The translations under genes were made by a program, and so were the position numbers. Shown one piece after another: positions 45,423-55,311 of a DNA stretch of 64,000 nt. Numbering within the stretch: position 1 is the first letter of the stretch; each line of letters begins with the position of its first letter. The notes below the pieces were generated by a model, which had not been told where the DNA came from, did no database searches, and saw only the letters and a program-made list of their open reading frames with translations. Source of the stretch: Gammaproteobacteria bacterium (GTDB lineage Bacteria; Pseudomonadota; Gammaproteobacteria; UBA1113); NCBI GenBank assembly GCA_965230425.1, contig CBDDKW010000008.1, forward strand, positions 73,667-137,666, given 5' to 3'.

Positions 45423-45934
45423 GATAGTCTCCGCTTTAAGTAGTCACCTTTACGTTTTTCAGCCAATAAGATTTCAGATTTTGGCGTTTTTTGTGTTTTC
45501 TTCTGAAATCCATTAGTAACAATATATATACCCATAGTATCTCATATTTAGGGCTTTCTAGCATGTTCTTTTCCGCCAGCTAATGACTTTAAATTTTGCC
45601 AATAGCCAACTATTACCTGCAATTTAAAGTCTTTATCTAACGAAAAATCTCTGTCCTATAAAACCCTAAATATGAGATACTATGGGTATAAGTCTTTAGC
45701 AAAAAAGAAGCCGAGAAGTCTAAAAATATTATTACCCTGTTGAATTCTGACTTCCCAAATATCATCTGAGCCAACGATTTTTTTAAAATACTGTCTAGGT
45801 AATACAGGTAATTCTTCAATAAGTTGTAAGACCCAGATAACTTTTTGAGCATGTTTGGCTGATAAACTATCTAAAAATTCAGCTACAGGACATAGCCCTT
45901 GTTCTGTTTTGAAAAAATTGACTGTACGTTTCAT
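45419..45934 (-). pseudogene. HigB/Gp49-like (RelE/ParE superfamily, PF05973-type) toxin gene disrupted by a MITE insertion
   Basis: N-fragment 45680..45934 reads MKRTVNFFKTEQGLCPVAEFLDSLS...IWEVRIQQGNNIFRLLGFFFAKDLYP*. C-fragment 45420..45526 reads ..[36 protein letters not shown]. Removing 45529..45687 plus one TA joins them in frame as ...[23 protein letters not shown]..., matching the Gp49 consensus. Confidence 0.85.
45527..45689. mobile_element. Non-autonomous MITE (~159 bp) with 25-27-bp perfect terminal inverted repeats and a TA target-site duplication (Tc1/mariner or IS630-type footprint)
   Basis: Left TIR ta|tacccatagtatctcatatttaggg (45527-45553). Right TIR ccctaaatatgagatactatgggta|ta (45663-45689) is its exact reverse complement. 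No internal ORF. It is flanked by TA on both sides, and excision restores the toxin ORF. Confidence 0.85.
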
Positions 45935-46031
45935 ATTTTAATGTTAATATATATGTTAACCTTTGTAAAGTACAAGACACTTAAATCATTGTTAAGTATA
46001 CTTGCGTAATGATGCTAGTATGGAGTGCTAA

Positions 46032-47108
46032 ATGACAACAAATCACGATATTATCTTTGAAGAAATTTCCGGTAATGGCGGTAGTGTTGGACTCATTACC
46101 CTCAATCGCCCAAAGAGTTTGAATGCCTTAACCCATGCTATGTGTTTAGCACTGGATAGCAAGTTAGCATACTGGCAGGATAGCAAGCATATAAAAGCCG
46201 TCATTATCCGTGGCGCAGGGGAGAAAGCCTTCTGTGCCGGTGGCGATATCCGCCACATTTACCAAAAGGGTAAAGAGCACGGTATTGAAGAAGCACGCCA
46301 ATTCTTCCATGATGAGTACCGTATGAATCATCGCATTCATAATTTCACTAAGCCTTATATCGCCTTACTCGATGGTATTACCATGGGGGGAGGCGTCGGC
46401 GTCTCCATTCATGGCAGCCACCGCGTTGCCACAGAGCGATTTTTATTCGCTATGCCTGAGACCGCTATTGGCTTCTTCCCTGATGTGGGTGGTTCTTATT
46501 TTCTTTCACGTTTGGCGGGTGAGCTAGGTATTTACCTAGGTTTAACCGGTACGCGATTGAATGCCAGTGATGCCATGTTTGCTGGCTTAATTAACGAGTT
46601 TACTTCTAGTGTACATGTGCATGAAATTATTGATGCCATTGCTGGAACTAATTTTTCAGAAGAAGCAAAAGAGCGTGTAACGCATATCTTACATGAATTT
46701 TCAGTAAAGACTGAATTATCTGAACTTGCCACTCATAGTCATCAAATTGATGAATTTTTCTCTGCCGATACAGTTGAAGCAATCATAACTCGCTTAGAAC
46801 AGGATAATAAACCCTGGAGCCAAAAGGCTTTATCACAGTTAAAAACAAAATCACCTACTAGTATGAAAATTACATTACGTCAGATCCGAGAAGGCGTTGC
46901 TTTAAATTTCGATAGTTGCATGCAAATGGAGTATCGACTTTGCCAGCGTATTTTAGCTGCTCACGATTTTTATGAAGGTGTACGCGCTGTACTACTTGAT
47001 AAAGATAACACACCCATATGGCAACCAGCAACGCTAGCAGAGGTAGATGAGGCGACTATTGATAGTTATTTTCAGCCTTTAGAGGAAGGTGAACTGCTGT
47101 TTAATTGA
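46032..47108 (+). CDS. 3-hydroxyisobutyryl-CoA hydrolase (crotonase-fold, HIBCH)
   Basis: 358 aa with crotonase-fold motifs (ITLNRPKSLNALT, AVIIRGAGEKAFCAGGDI, IALLDGITMGGGVGVS). It is larger than a hydratase, with the typical HIBCH C-terminal extension. Confidence 0.85.
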   Translation: MTTNHDIIFEEISGNGGSVGLITLNRPKSLNALTHAMCLALDSKLAYWQDSKHIKAVIIRGAGEKAFCAGGDIRHIYQKGKEHGIEEARQFFHDEYRMNHRIHNFTKPYIALLDGITMGGGVGVSIHGSHRVATERFLFAMPETAIGFFPDVGGSYFLSRLAGELGIYLGLTGTRLNASDAMFAGLINEFTSSVHVHEIIDAIAGTNFSEEAKERVTHILHEFSVKTELSELATHSHQIDEFFSADTVEAIITRLEQDNKPWSQKALSQLKTKSPTSMKITLRQIREGVALNFDSCMQMEYRLCQRILAAHDFYEGVRAVLLDKDNTPIWQPATLAEVDEATIDSYFQPLEEGELLFN

Positions 47109-47137
47109 TAATACGCTGTTATAAATACGACAGTGTA

Positions 47138-47255
47138 TTGTCATTTCTAGCGTAGCGAGAAATCTCCCGATGATTTAGTGAACATGAACAGAGGTTTATT
47201 CTAAGTAGTCAAATCATCAGGAGATCCCTCATGCTTCACATTCGGGATCTCCTGA
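47138..47255. repeat. Dispersed MITE/REP-like repeat copy with an internal deletion in the left arm and a diverged right arm
   Basis: Left arm ttgtcatttctagcgtagcgagaaatctcccgatgatttag. Right arm gtcaaatcatcaggagatccctca... It lies 30 bp after the HIBCH stop. Confidence 0.65.
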
Positions 47256-47282
47256 ATACTTAGGTAACTATAACAAAGAAAA

Positions 47283-47948
47283 CTACTCTATAATATCAAC
47301 TGACTTACGATTCAATACATGCTTCAAATAGTAAGCTTGATGCTTTGACAACTTTGCCACAGATAGGTAATTATCAATAAATTTTTCTATCCCATAATTT
47401 TTAAACGCAGCGATATCGGTATCATAGAATATCATATGCCGTAAATTACGAATACGATGCCAAATATTCAAAGGCTTATGACGAACTTTCAGATCTGCAA
47501 TATCAATTAAATAAAATTGTGCTTCATCATTTCGCAAAACATTACCTAAATGAATACCACGAAAAAAAATCCCTTGATAGTGTAACTGGGCGATATAAGT
47601 AGCAAGTTCAGTCAGAATTACTGGATTTGACGCGGAGACTAAATGGCGTACTTCCTCACCTGGTACTTTGGGATAGATCACCAAGTGTATATTCTCTTCA
47701 GGACATGAAAACGTTTGTTCAACATGAACAGCCGGAATATGTAATTGTGCCAAACGGCGAGAATTACGACTAAAACGTTGTGCGTGAGGGCGTAGTTTAC
47801 TAGAAGAGAATTTCTTCTTGCGCGGGTAGAATATTTTCACAATCTTATTATCGGCCGTTTGCAAAATTTTGGGGCCGTACTTGCAATCTGCTAAAACGAC
47901 CGCTGACTCGCAAAGAGCCTTGTATTCAAGCGCTGACATCTTTTGCAT
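47283..47948 (-). CDS. Lipopolysaccharide-kinase (Kdo/WaaP/InaA)-like protein-kinase-fold protein (tentative)
   Basis: 221 aa. GIFFRGIHLGNVLRNDEAQFYLIDIADLK resembles the catalytic-loop/DFG region of Kdo/RIO-type kinases with substitutions. Confidence 0.4.
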   Translation of the reverse strand: MQKMSALEYKALCESAVVLADCKYGPKILQTADNKIVKIFYPRKKKFSSSKLRPHAQRFSRNSRRLAQLHIPAVHVEQTFSCPEENIHLVIYPKVPGEEVRHLVSASNPVILTELATYIAQLHYQGIFFRGIHLGNVLRNDEAQFYLIDIADLKVRHKPLNIWHRIRNLRHMIFYDTDIAAFKNYGIEKFIDNYLSVAKLSKHQAYYLKHVLNRKSVDIIE

Positions 47949-48125
47949 AAGGATATAGAACCATTCCCAACTAGTCTGTTCGATTCTGCCATTGTAGGCG
48001 CCGCAACCGACCCACTATCGGCCAAAATCAGCCAAAATAAAATCCCCGAGGCTTGCCTCGAGGATTTTATTTAACGATAATAGAGCTTATCTTAACACAC
48101 TATTAGATATAAGCCCGGAATTTTT

Positions 48126-49133
48126 ATGCAATCAACATACACAGGTCAATTCCCGCAAACCCGACTCCGGCGGTTACGCCAAAATCCACAAGTTCGTCGC
48201 CTTATTAGTCAAGCGCACTTGTGCAAGGAAGATTTTATCCTGCCACTCTTTATCCGCCATGGTCAACAGCAGAAACAGCCAGTCGCAAGTATGCCAGGCC
48301 ATTATCAATGGAGTGTGGATACCTTAGCGGCGGAAATAGAAACAATTGCTAAACTAGGCATACCCGGAATATTACTATTCGGTATTCCAGAACATAAAGA
48401 TCCTGCTGGTACAGATAGCTATTGTGAACAGGGCATTATTCAGCAAGCTATTCGTCTGGTAAAAGACGTTGCACCTGAATTACTGGTGATTACCGATGTG
48501 TGTTTTTGTGAATACACCGACCATGGTCATTGTGGCATTATGAATGACAGAACTGGCCAAATAGATTTAGACAATGATGCCACACTTGAGCTATTAGCAA
48601 AGCAAGCATTGAGTCATGTTCAAGCAGGTGCTGATATAGTAGCGCCCAGTGGTATGATTGATGGCATGATCGGGACTATTCGCACTGCTTTAGATGCAGA
48701 GAATTATCAGCATATCCCTATCATTAGTTACGCTGTAAAATACTGCTCAGCTATGTATGGACCTTTCCGTGAAGCGACAGAGGGAGCACCGCAATATGGT
48801 GATCGCAAAAGCTATCAAATGGATCCCGCTAATGCGGCAGAAGCCTTACGCGAAGCCGCGCTTGATATAGCTGAGGGTGCTGATATGCTCATGGTCAAAC
48901 CCGCAGTCAACTACCTTGATATTATTCGTGATGTAAAACAAGCACATCCTGGTGTACCACTATCGGCTTATCAAGTGAGCGGTGAATATGCCATGATCAA
49001 AGCTGCCGCAGCTCAAGGTTGGATCGATGAGCGCAAAGTTGCCTTAGAACAATTACTCTCAATTAAACGCGCCGGTGCAGATTTTATTTTTAGTTATTTT
49101 GCTAAAGATGCTGTGAATTGGTTGGCAGATTGA
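48126..49133 (+). CDS. hemB: Porphobilinogen synthase (delta-aminolevulinic acid dehydratase)
   Basis: RLRRLR N-terminal motif, a metal-binding Cys cluster (DVCFCEYTDHGHCG), the active-site Lys region (MVKPA) and SGEYAM. Confidence 0.93.
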   Translation: MQSTYTGQFPQTRLRRLRQNPQVRRLISQAHLCKEDFILPLFIRHGQQQKQPVASMPGHYQWSVDTLAAEIETIAKLGIPGILLFGIPEHKDPAGTDSYCEQGIIQQAIRLVKDVAPELLVITDVCFCEYTDHGHCGIMNDRTGQIDLDNDATLELLAKQALSHVQAGADIVAPSGMIDGMIGTIRTALDAENYQHIPIISYAVKYCSAMYGPFREATEGAPQYGDRKSYQMDPANAAEALREAALDIAEGADMLMVKPAVNYLDIIRDVKQAHPGVPLSAYQVSGEYAMIKAAAAQGWIDERKVALEQLLSIKRAGADFIFSYFAKDAVNWLAD

Positions 49134-49591
49134 GATTTAATATCTAAACGTATTTAAACCTCCCATTTCTATAACTCTAAAGATTATGACTAAAAGTGTT
49201 ACCTATATCTGAATAGAGTGCAGTTCTGTGGGTATTTTCCAGTATCGCATACAAAATTTTTTAATGTATTGTACTAAGCCTATTACCACGTGAAGTGAAC
49301 AGCCTAGCATTTCCTTAGTCGATGCATGTTCTTTCAGTGCTATTTTTCATGCAACTCTGCATTCTAGCTAATTACAAAAATAATTGATCATGAATAGTTG
49401 CGTTTAAAATATTTCTGAACTATTATACCGATCGTTCGAAAGAAAAAATAATAACAATCACTCAGTTCAGTACGGCATTACAGATGGATAATTAGATACA
49501 TAAAAGTTCAAGAGAATTTTTTATTAACCACTCCTGTACCTAATATTTATGTACAGAAGTATCTCTGACAAGAGAATAAGGAGATCAATTT

Positions 49592-52165
49592 ATGCCATTA
49601 ATTAACGACGTTAGAAAAGTAGTCACGCGTTTATCTTCGGATCCTGCATGGAAACGTGTTTTTGCAAAGACGAAATTAAATATCACTACGCAAATGACGG
49701 ATGCAGAAGTTGCGGCACAATTAACAACATCACTTAGTACTGGTGAACTCACCGCGCTTAGACAATTGTCTGGTTTTAAAGATATGGCTGCAGAAGCCAA
49801 ACAATTAATAACGCCTGGAAAACCAGCTCGCAGTATTTTATACCATGCTTTAGCATCACCCAACATGACTAACGATGGTCAAAATAATGAAATGACGCAA
49901 TGGCCAACACAGGATGAATTAGTCAGTGTGGAAAATTATGTCTATGCGAGTGCAAAGCGTTCATTAGATGATGTTAAACGATCAGCAACAAAGTTAACAG
50001 GTGATAATACACCAGAATTAGGCGTTGTTGTGTTTGCAACGGAATATAGGCCAGCACATAAAACGCCACACCGAAAACATGCAGATATTTGTTTTTCTCG
50101 TACAGGTGTTGCAAGAGTGGGAACTATTGATACAGGTTATGATGGAAAGTTAAGAGGCTATTGGCCTGTGGATGAGAGTCAGCCCCATGATTTTGGGATA
50201 GTACCCGTTAAGTATGATGCTTATGTTGCTGTTAAAGTGCGTAAAAGTCTTGCAAATAATAAGGGTTTTGAATTTGGTCCTCCACCTAATATTGCTGCAA
50301 TTGCTGATGGTTCAAAACAACCAGATAGCAGTTTTGAATTTTGGGTACCACTACATAAATTATTTAATGGTAGTGAATGTTTACGTGGTGAGAACTTACA
50401 GTGTGAGCTAAATGCACAGCATGTTAATGAAAAAATTAAACGTTTTCATCTGATGATGAAGAAAATCGGAGTTAACGCAGGGCATAATAATGATGATCTA
50501 ACCAAAGCTCCATTTACGATTACAGAGGACTTAGCCACAGTGAAATATAGTACTGATAAGGCTAGTGCTTGGATTACACCAAAGCCACAGCCATTTGTTA
50601 AAGTTGCTGAGGATGAAGACGGTAACAAAGTTAGTTTTATTGTGCCTCAAGAAAGGAATACTAATGCATCTCCGAACGAACCATCTGTAAGAATTTTTGG
50701 CCGAGACAGCCAAGACCGGCGTATATTATCTTCAACACTCGAAATGCGTACTAATAATGTCAAAATGAACCCTGTAACGAATATGCCAATATTAGACGAT
50801 GATGGTGATTTGATACCAGTTGGCGATCGTCCAGGCCCAGAATATATTCATATACGTGAGGATGATGTGCTAGGTGATTTAAACCAAGTTGATTCAGTGG
50901 ATTTGGCAAATTCGAGACAACTACTGAAAGAAGGTCGTCGAGCAATGCATTTTGCCGATACGACTGCAGATGGATGGGTTTCATTGAAACTTAGTGGCAG
51001 CAATGCTTTAGCCAATTTAGTTCACGTTAATGCATATTCATTAATAGGTGCTCCTGATTTTTATCCACTGGTAGATCAACGTGATATTCTCGAATGGAGA
51101 CAGGCCAATAGCAATAACCCTAATATTTTATTTTTCCGTGAACCGGATGCTTTATCTGAAGATAGACTCCCACCTAATTTAACGCTACCAGGGGCTTTTG
51201 ATAATGATGCAGAGGTGGAGAATCCTGTTGTTACTGCGATTATTACTCAAGCTGAAGAGAGTCGTACTGGACCTATACGTAGGCATATTGATAGTGAATT
51301 TAAAATTTCTCAAAATACATTGCCTGATGCAGCCGCTGGTTTATATGCTCCAGGTTGGGTTGTTAGCTTTGATGTCAATGAGCAAAAGCAAGGGCACCTA
51401 GCTGCCTATGGTTTAGGTAGCCCATTTCCAGAAGATGCTAAGCTCTGTGCCGCACTCAATGGTTTTTGGCCAGCAGTAGCACCTGATACTACACGGACTT
51501 TTGCACGAGAAGAGCTATTTATTAATAATCAACTCGCTTCGAGTACAACTGTACCAATGACAGATGATGAAATTAGTAGTGATTTGTCATGGGATGGTCT
51601 ACAGGGACCTAATATTATTCCAGGTGGCACAGTTCCTCAAATTGAGCATCCAAGTTTTCTGTATGCTGACTACACCAAAGATACAGAAAAAGGTAAATTT
51701 TCTATGGTGAAGACCAGTAAAATGACGAGTGCTGAATACAAGCGTCGTATCTTGACTATGGGTGCGGTAAGAAATTATCTAGCTAAACATGTTAGGGATC
51801 TACAACTACCATCTGGCGGCCCTAACTTTGTAGTTGGCATTTCAATTGTGAATTTCTCCTTAGAGCCCAGCACTCATGCTAGTGTTCAGGATGCGCAAGA
51901 CAGAATTAGTGGATTAAACTTTAGTAATGAAGTCTACCGATTTGTCTTTGTGCGCTACAATGAGCCTATCCCTCAGAACAGGGGTGCTGGCTTCGATCGT
52001 CCTCATCATAGACTTAGAGCCAGATTTAGTCAGCAAGTAGAGTTGCTAATTGATGGTAAGAATCGTGATTTGATCTGTGTGAAAAGCATTAATCATGGGG
52101 AAGGCGCAAATCTTGATTGGACTAGGGATCCTGCATCTGCAGCATCACCTGTACCAGCACTCTGA
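49592..52165 (+). CDS. Hypothetical 857-aa protein, first gene of an AT-flanked 3-gene island (no recognisable domain)
   Basis: Long ORF preceded by AAGGAG and separated by 18 bp from the following FAD-oxidoreductase gene. No P-loop, His-cluster or signal peptide that I can identify. Confidence 0.6.
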   Translation: MPLINDVRKVVTRLSSDPAWKRVFAKTKLNITTQMTDAEVAAQLTTSLSTGELTALRQLSGFKDMAAEAKQLITPGKPARSILYHALASPNMTNDGQNNEMTQWPTQDELVSVENYVYASAKRSLDDVKRSATKLTGDNTPELGVVVFATEYRPAHKTPHRKHADICFSRTGVARVGTIDTGYDGKLRGYWPVDESQPHDFGIVPVKYDAYVAVKVRKSLANNKGFEFGPPPNIAAIADGSKQPDSSFEFWVPLHKLFNGSECLRGENLQCELNAQHVNEKIKRFHLMMKKIGVNAGHNNDDLTKAPFTITEDLATVKYSTDKASAWITPKPQPFVKVAEDEDGNKVSFIVPQERNTNASPNEPSVRIFGRDSQDRRILSSTLEMRTNNVKMNPVTNMPILDDDGDLIPVGDRPGPEYIHIREDDVLGDLNQVDSVDLANSRQLLKEGRRAMHFADTTADGWVSLKLSGSNALANLVHVNAYSLIGAPDFYPLVDQRDILEWRQANSNNPNILFFREPDALSEDRLPPNLTLPGAFDNDAEVENPVVTAIITQAEESRTGPIRRHIDSEFKISQNTLPDAAAGLYAPGWVVSFDVNEQKQGHLAAYGLGSPFPEDAKLCAALNGFWPAVAPDTTRTFAREELFINNQLASSTTVPMTDDEISSDLSWDGLQGPNIIPGGTVPQIEHPSFLYADYTKDTEKGKFSMVKTSKMTSAEYKRRILTMGAVRNYLAKHVRDLQLPSGGPNFVVGISIVNFSLEPSTHASVQDAQDRISGLNFSNEVYRFVFVRYNEPIPQNRGAGFDRPHHRLRARFSQQVELLIDGKNRDLICVKSINHGEGANLDWTRDPASAASPVPAL

Positions 52166-52183
52166 TAATCGCTGTTAGAGCAT

Positions 52184-53212
52184 GTGATAATGCAAGTAGA
52201 TTATGATGTTGTCATAATAGGGGCAGGTCCAGCAGGTACAGCGGCGGCTATTACTGCCGCTATTGCTGGACTTAGTGTCTGTATCGTCGAGCGTGAGCAA
52301 TTCCCACGCTATCGTCCTGGCGAAACACTGCATCCAGGCATTGAGCCGTTATTAAAGCAGCTTGGTGCTTGGGATGAAGTGTTAGCTGCTAATTTTGTGC
52401 GACATCCAGGTATCCAAATGCAATGGGGTACGAATGAGCCTAGTTATCAGACATACAATGACGAAGCGGATTGGCATGGTTTTCAAGCTATTCGCTCACG
52501 TTTTGATGCTATTTTATTGCAAAGGGCAAGATCACTCGGTGTTTGTATCTATATGCCTGAACGAGCAGTAGCAGTGGCGGAGCATAAAGATCATACTCTT
52601 CTCACAACGGATCAGCAGCAAATATCAACACAGTATTTAATTGATGCCAGCGGTAGTTGGCATTGGCTTGCACGCCAGCGCGATATTGCCTTTACGGATT
52701 TATCATCTCCTTTATTTTGTCGATATGGTTATATCAATGAAATAGCAGATGATGATTTTGCCCACGTGCCGATGATCTGTAGTGATGAAGCAGGTTGGTT
52801 ATGGTTAGCCAATGTTGGCGATAAAACTTTACAATGGACAAAGTTGTTCTGGGAGCCGCAGAATGCGCAATCAGCAAAAGCAATACCCGAGCAATTAAAT
52901 ACACTGGGAAAGCAGGGTAAAACCTATGGCGCAGATGTCACTTGGCGTTATGCCGCAAAGTCTACTTGGAATAAATATTTTCTTGTAGGTGATGCTGCAG
53001 GTATTTTAGATCCGGCATCATCCCATGGCGTATTGCGTGCAATTATGTCGGGGATCTACGCCAGCGATTTAATCAGTAAACAGCAACGACTGCAGTTTGA
53101 TGATCAAATATTTACTCAAGAATATGATGCATGGCTGAAAAATTGGTTTCACCATGATGTGGAAAAACTCGATGAACTATATAAGGAGGTTAATATTCAC
53201 TGGTCTACTTAG
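52184..53212 (+). CDS. FAD-dependent oxidoreductase (GR2-type / halogenase- or geranylgeranyl-reductase-like flavoprotein)
   Basis: N-terminal Rossmann dinucleotide-binding motif DVVIIGAGPAGTAAA, a second FAD-contact motif GDAAGILDPASSHGV and a halogenase-like W-x-W segment (GSWHWLA). Confidence 0.75.
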   Translation: MIMQVDYDVVIIGAGPAGTAAAITAAIAGLSVCIVEREQFPRYRPGETLHPGIEPLLKQLGAWDEVLAANFVRHPGIQMQWGTNEPSYQTYNDEADWHGFQAIRSRFDAILLQRARSLGVCIYMPERAVAVAEHKDHTLLTTDQQQISTQYLIDASGSWHWLARQRDIAFTDLSSPLFCRYGYINEIADDDFAHVPMICSDEAGWLWLANVGDKTLQWTKLFWEPQNAQSAKAIPEQLNTLGKQGKTYGADVTWRYAAKSTWNKYFLVGDAAGILDPASSHGVLRAIMSGIYASDLISKQQRLQFDDQIFTQEYDAWLKNWFHHDVEKLDELYKEVNIHWST

Positions 53213-53264
53213 TCTATATAGTAAGAACAAATAGGATTTTTTTAAACTTTTAAGGAGTGCTGTT

Positions 53265-54809
53265 ATGGCTTTAGATATAAATGATGCAAACAAAAATGGT
53301 ATTGATCCCTTAGATCCTGCCTTAGCTGGGATCCAAGGTAATATTATTCGTGGTCATGATCGTGAACATGCGAATTTTATTTTTCTTAATTTTAAAGGTA
53401 GTACTGCTGCTGAAAAAACCAAAGCTAAAGGCGTGATTAAAGCCTTTGCCATGCGCCATATAACTACTGCATTGAATCAACATAAAACTCAGCAGGCAAG
53501 AGCGGAAGCAATAAAGGAAGGCAGAGAGTTCACAGAACTACCTTTTGCTCATGTGGCTTTTTCTAAGAGTGGCTATGATTTTCTTGGTTTAACCTCACCA
53601 TCTGCAAATCAGTTAAGCGCCTTTAACAAGGGTATGGGTGGTACAGATGGTGATTGGAAATCATTGAATGATACAGGCGAATCTGCTCAGGATAAGTGGG
53701 ATAAAGGTTTACAGGAAGAGTCCCATGCGATGATTATTCTAGCGCACAATGATGAAACAATGTTAACCCTTGAAATGGCTAAAATAAAAGCTTTATTTTC
53801 AGAGGTAATTGATAATGACGCACTCCACGTTGAACATGGCTTTGTCTTGAGAAATGATAAAAAAGATGAACATGGCAAAGGCCAAGTGATAGAGCATTTT
53901 GGTAATCCAGATGGGATCAGTCAACCGTTATTCACCAAGCCAGAGATTGCTGCACAAACTCGTCAGAAATGGGATCCCAGTGCGCCTTTAAATCTAGCTT
54001 TAAGGCCGGATCCACACGCAAAAGATGGTGATGAGTCAGGCTTTGGTAGTTATTTTGTTTTCCGTAAACTGGAACAAAATGTTAAAAAATATCATGCCGA
54101 ATTAACAAAATTAAAAGATGAAGCAGGTAAAGATGCTGAAGGAGAAGTTAATATAAGTGAAAGCTTAGGTAACGCTTATGCCATTGGACGCCATGAAAAA
54201 GATGGTGTTCCGGTAGTCACTCATGAAACGCCAGATCCAAGTGCAGCAATGAGTAATGATTTTAATTATAATGATGATCCAGACGGTAATAAATGTCCTC
54301 TACACGCTCACATCCGTAAAACCAATCCGCGCGGTAGTGGTGGCCGTGGTGAGAGCTTAGACCAGGAGCGTGAACACCGTATTGTTCGACGAGGTATTAG
54401 TTATGGTGTTGATATCTCTGAAGTACCGCATCCAGAAAAAGGTTCTGGTTTGTTATTCATGTGTTATCAACGTGATTTAGATAATCAATTTCGTTTTATG
54501 CAGCGCATGTGGGCTAATGCAGATAATTTTCCATTTAAACAAGATGCTAATGGTCAGACTATACCAGTAGGTGTTGATCCTACCATTGGTCAAAATAGTG
54601 GCACGACTAAACAGCAATGGCCTAGGAAATGGGGTAATGCAGCAGCAGGTAAAGCTAAGTTTGACCTTAGAGAAGTGGTGACTACGAAAGGTGGTGGTTA
54701 CTTCTTCTCACCTTGCATGTCTATGCTGAATAATCTTGCTGATGACGCAGATATGCCAGCAGAGCAGCCTGCAACACCTGCCATACCGGTTCCAGGAGCC
54801 GGGACCTAG
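53265..54809 (+). CDS. DyP-type (dye-decolorizing) heme peroxidase, long (C/D-class-like) form
   Basis: N-terminal GIQGNIIRGH (DyP QGNIL box), a GxxDG-region equivalent (HFGNPDGISQPLF) and proximal-His motif HAHIRKTNPRG. 514 aa is typical of class C/D DyPs. Confidence 0.8.
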   Translation: MALDINDANKNGIDPLDPALAGIQGNIIRGHDREHANFIFLNFKGSTAAEKTKAKGVIKAFAMRHITTALNQHKTQQARAEAIKEGREFTELPFAHVAFSKSGYDFLGLTSPSANQLSAFNKGMGGTDGDWKSLNDTGESAQDKWDKGLQEESHAMIILAHNDETMLTLEMAKIKALFSEVIDNDALHVEHGFVLRNDKKDEHGKGQVIEHFGNPDGISQPLFTKPEIAAQTRQKWDPSAPLNLALRPDPHAKDGDESGFGSYFVFRKLEQNVKKYHAELTKLKDEAGKDAEGEVNISESLGNAYAIGRHEKDGVPVVTHETPDPSAAMSNDFNYNDDPDGNKCPLHAHIRKTNPRGSGGRGESLDQEREHRIVRRGISYGVDISEVPHPEKGSGLLFMCYQRDLDNQFRFMQRMWANADNFPFKQDANGQTIPVGVDPTIGQNSGTTKQQWPRKWGNAAAGKAKFDLREVVTTKGGGYFFSPCMSMLNNLADDADMPAEQPATPAIPVPGAGT

Positions 54810-54845
54810 TGGTTCTTAAAAAACGCTAGGTTACCTATCTTCCAC

Positions 54846-54882
54846 AAAACCCCATGGCAGCCAGTTATGGGGTTTTGTTTTT
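54846..54882 (+). terminator. Rho-independent terminator after the DyP gene
   Basis: aaaaccccat / ggcagccagtt / atggggtttt stem-loop followed by gttttt. Confidence 0.8.
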
Positions 54883-55092
54883 AATATTTACATTTCATTA
54901 AGTCTAGCAAAAAATTCTTTTTTAATTGAAATTAATATTCTTTATATTATAATTTGATTCTATACTATACTGTAAAGTCGTGATTGGTCAGTATATTAAT
55001 ATATTTTATATTATTTTAAATAATAACAAGTTTTGACTTGTGCTCGTGTGGATGCTATGCTATTTTTATATTACAAGTTAAAGCTTGTGCTT

Positions 55093-55300
55093 ATGAGGAG
55101 TACAAGCCTAGTGGATGGTAAATCAGTGATTAAGCAGCTACAAAAAAGCTGATTGGATACATGTTAGTACACACGGTAGCCACCATAAGCTTAAAAAACT
55201 GGGGCATCCGTCAATTATTGTGCCAGTGCATGGGAAAAAAGATTTAAGAATAGGCACATTACACAATATAGAAAAAGTAACTGGTATAAAACTAAAATGA
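55093..55300 (+). pseudogene. hicA: hicA mRNA-interferase toxin, frameshifted in an A6 run (55142-55147)
   Basis: Frame 1 gives MRSTSLVDGKSVIKQLQKS*. With one A removed it continues ADWIHVSTHGSHHKLKKLGHPSIIVPVHGKKDLRIGTLHNIEKVTGIKLK*, which has the HicA signature (GSHH...HPxxxVTVPHPKKDLxIGTL). Confidence 0.85.
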
Positions 55301-55311
55301 GGTGATAAAAA

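Noticed and set aside
45637-45852. 71-aa ORF overlapping the toxin fragment and MITE
   Set aside because: It is in the wrong frame relative to the conserved Gp49-like toxin and crosses the inverted repeat, so it is an artefact.
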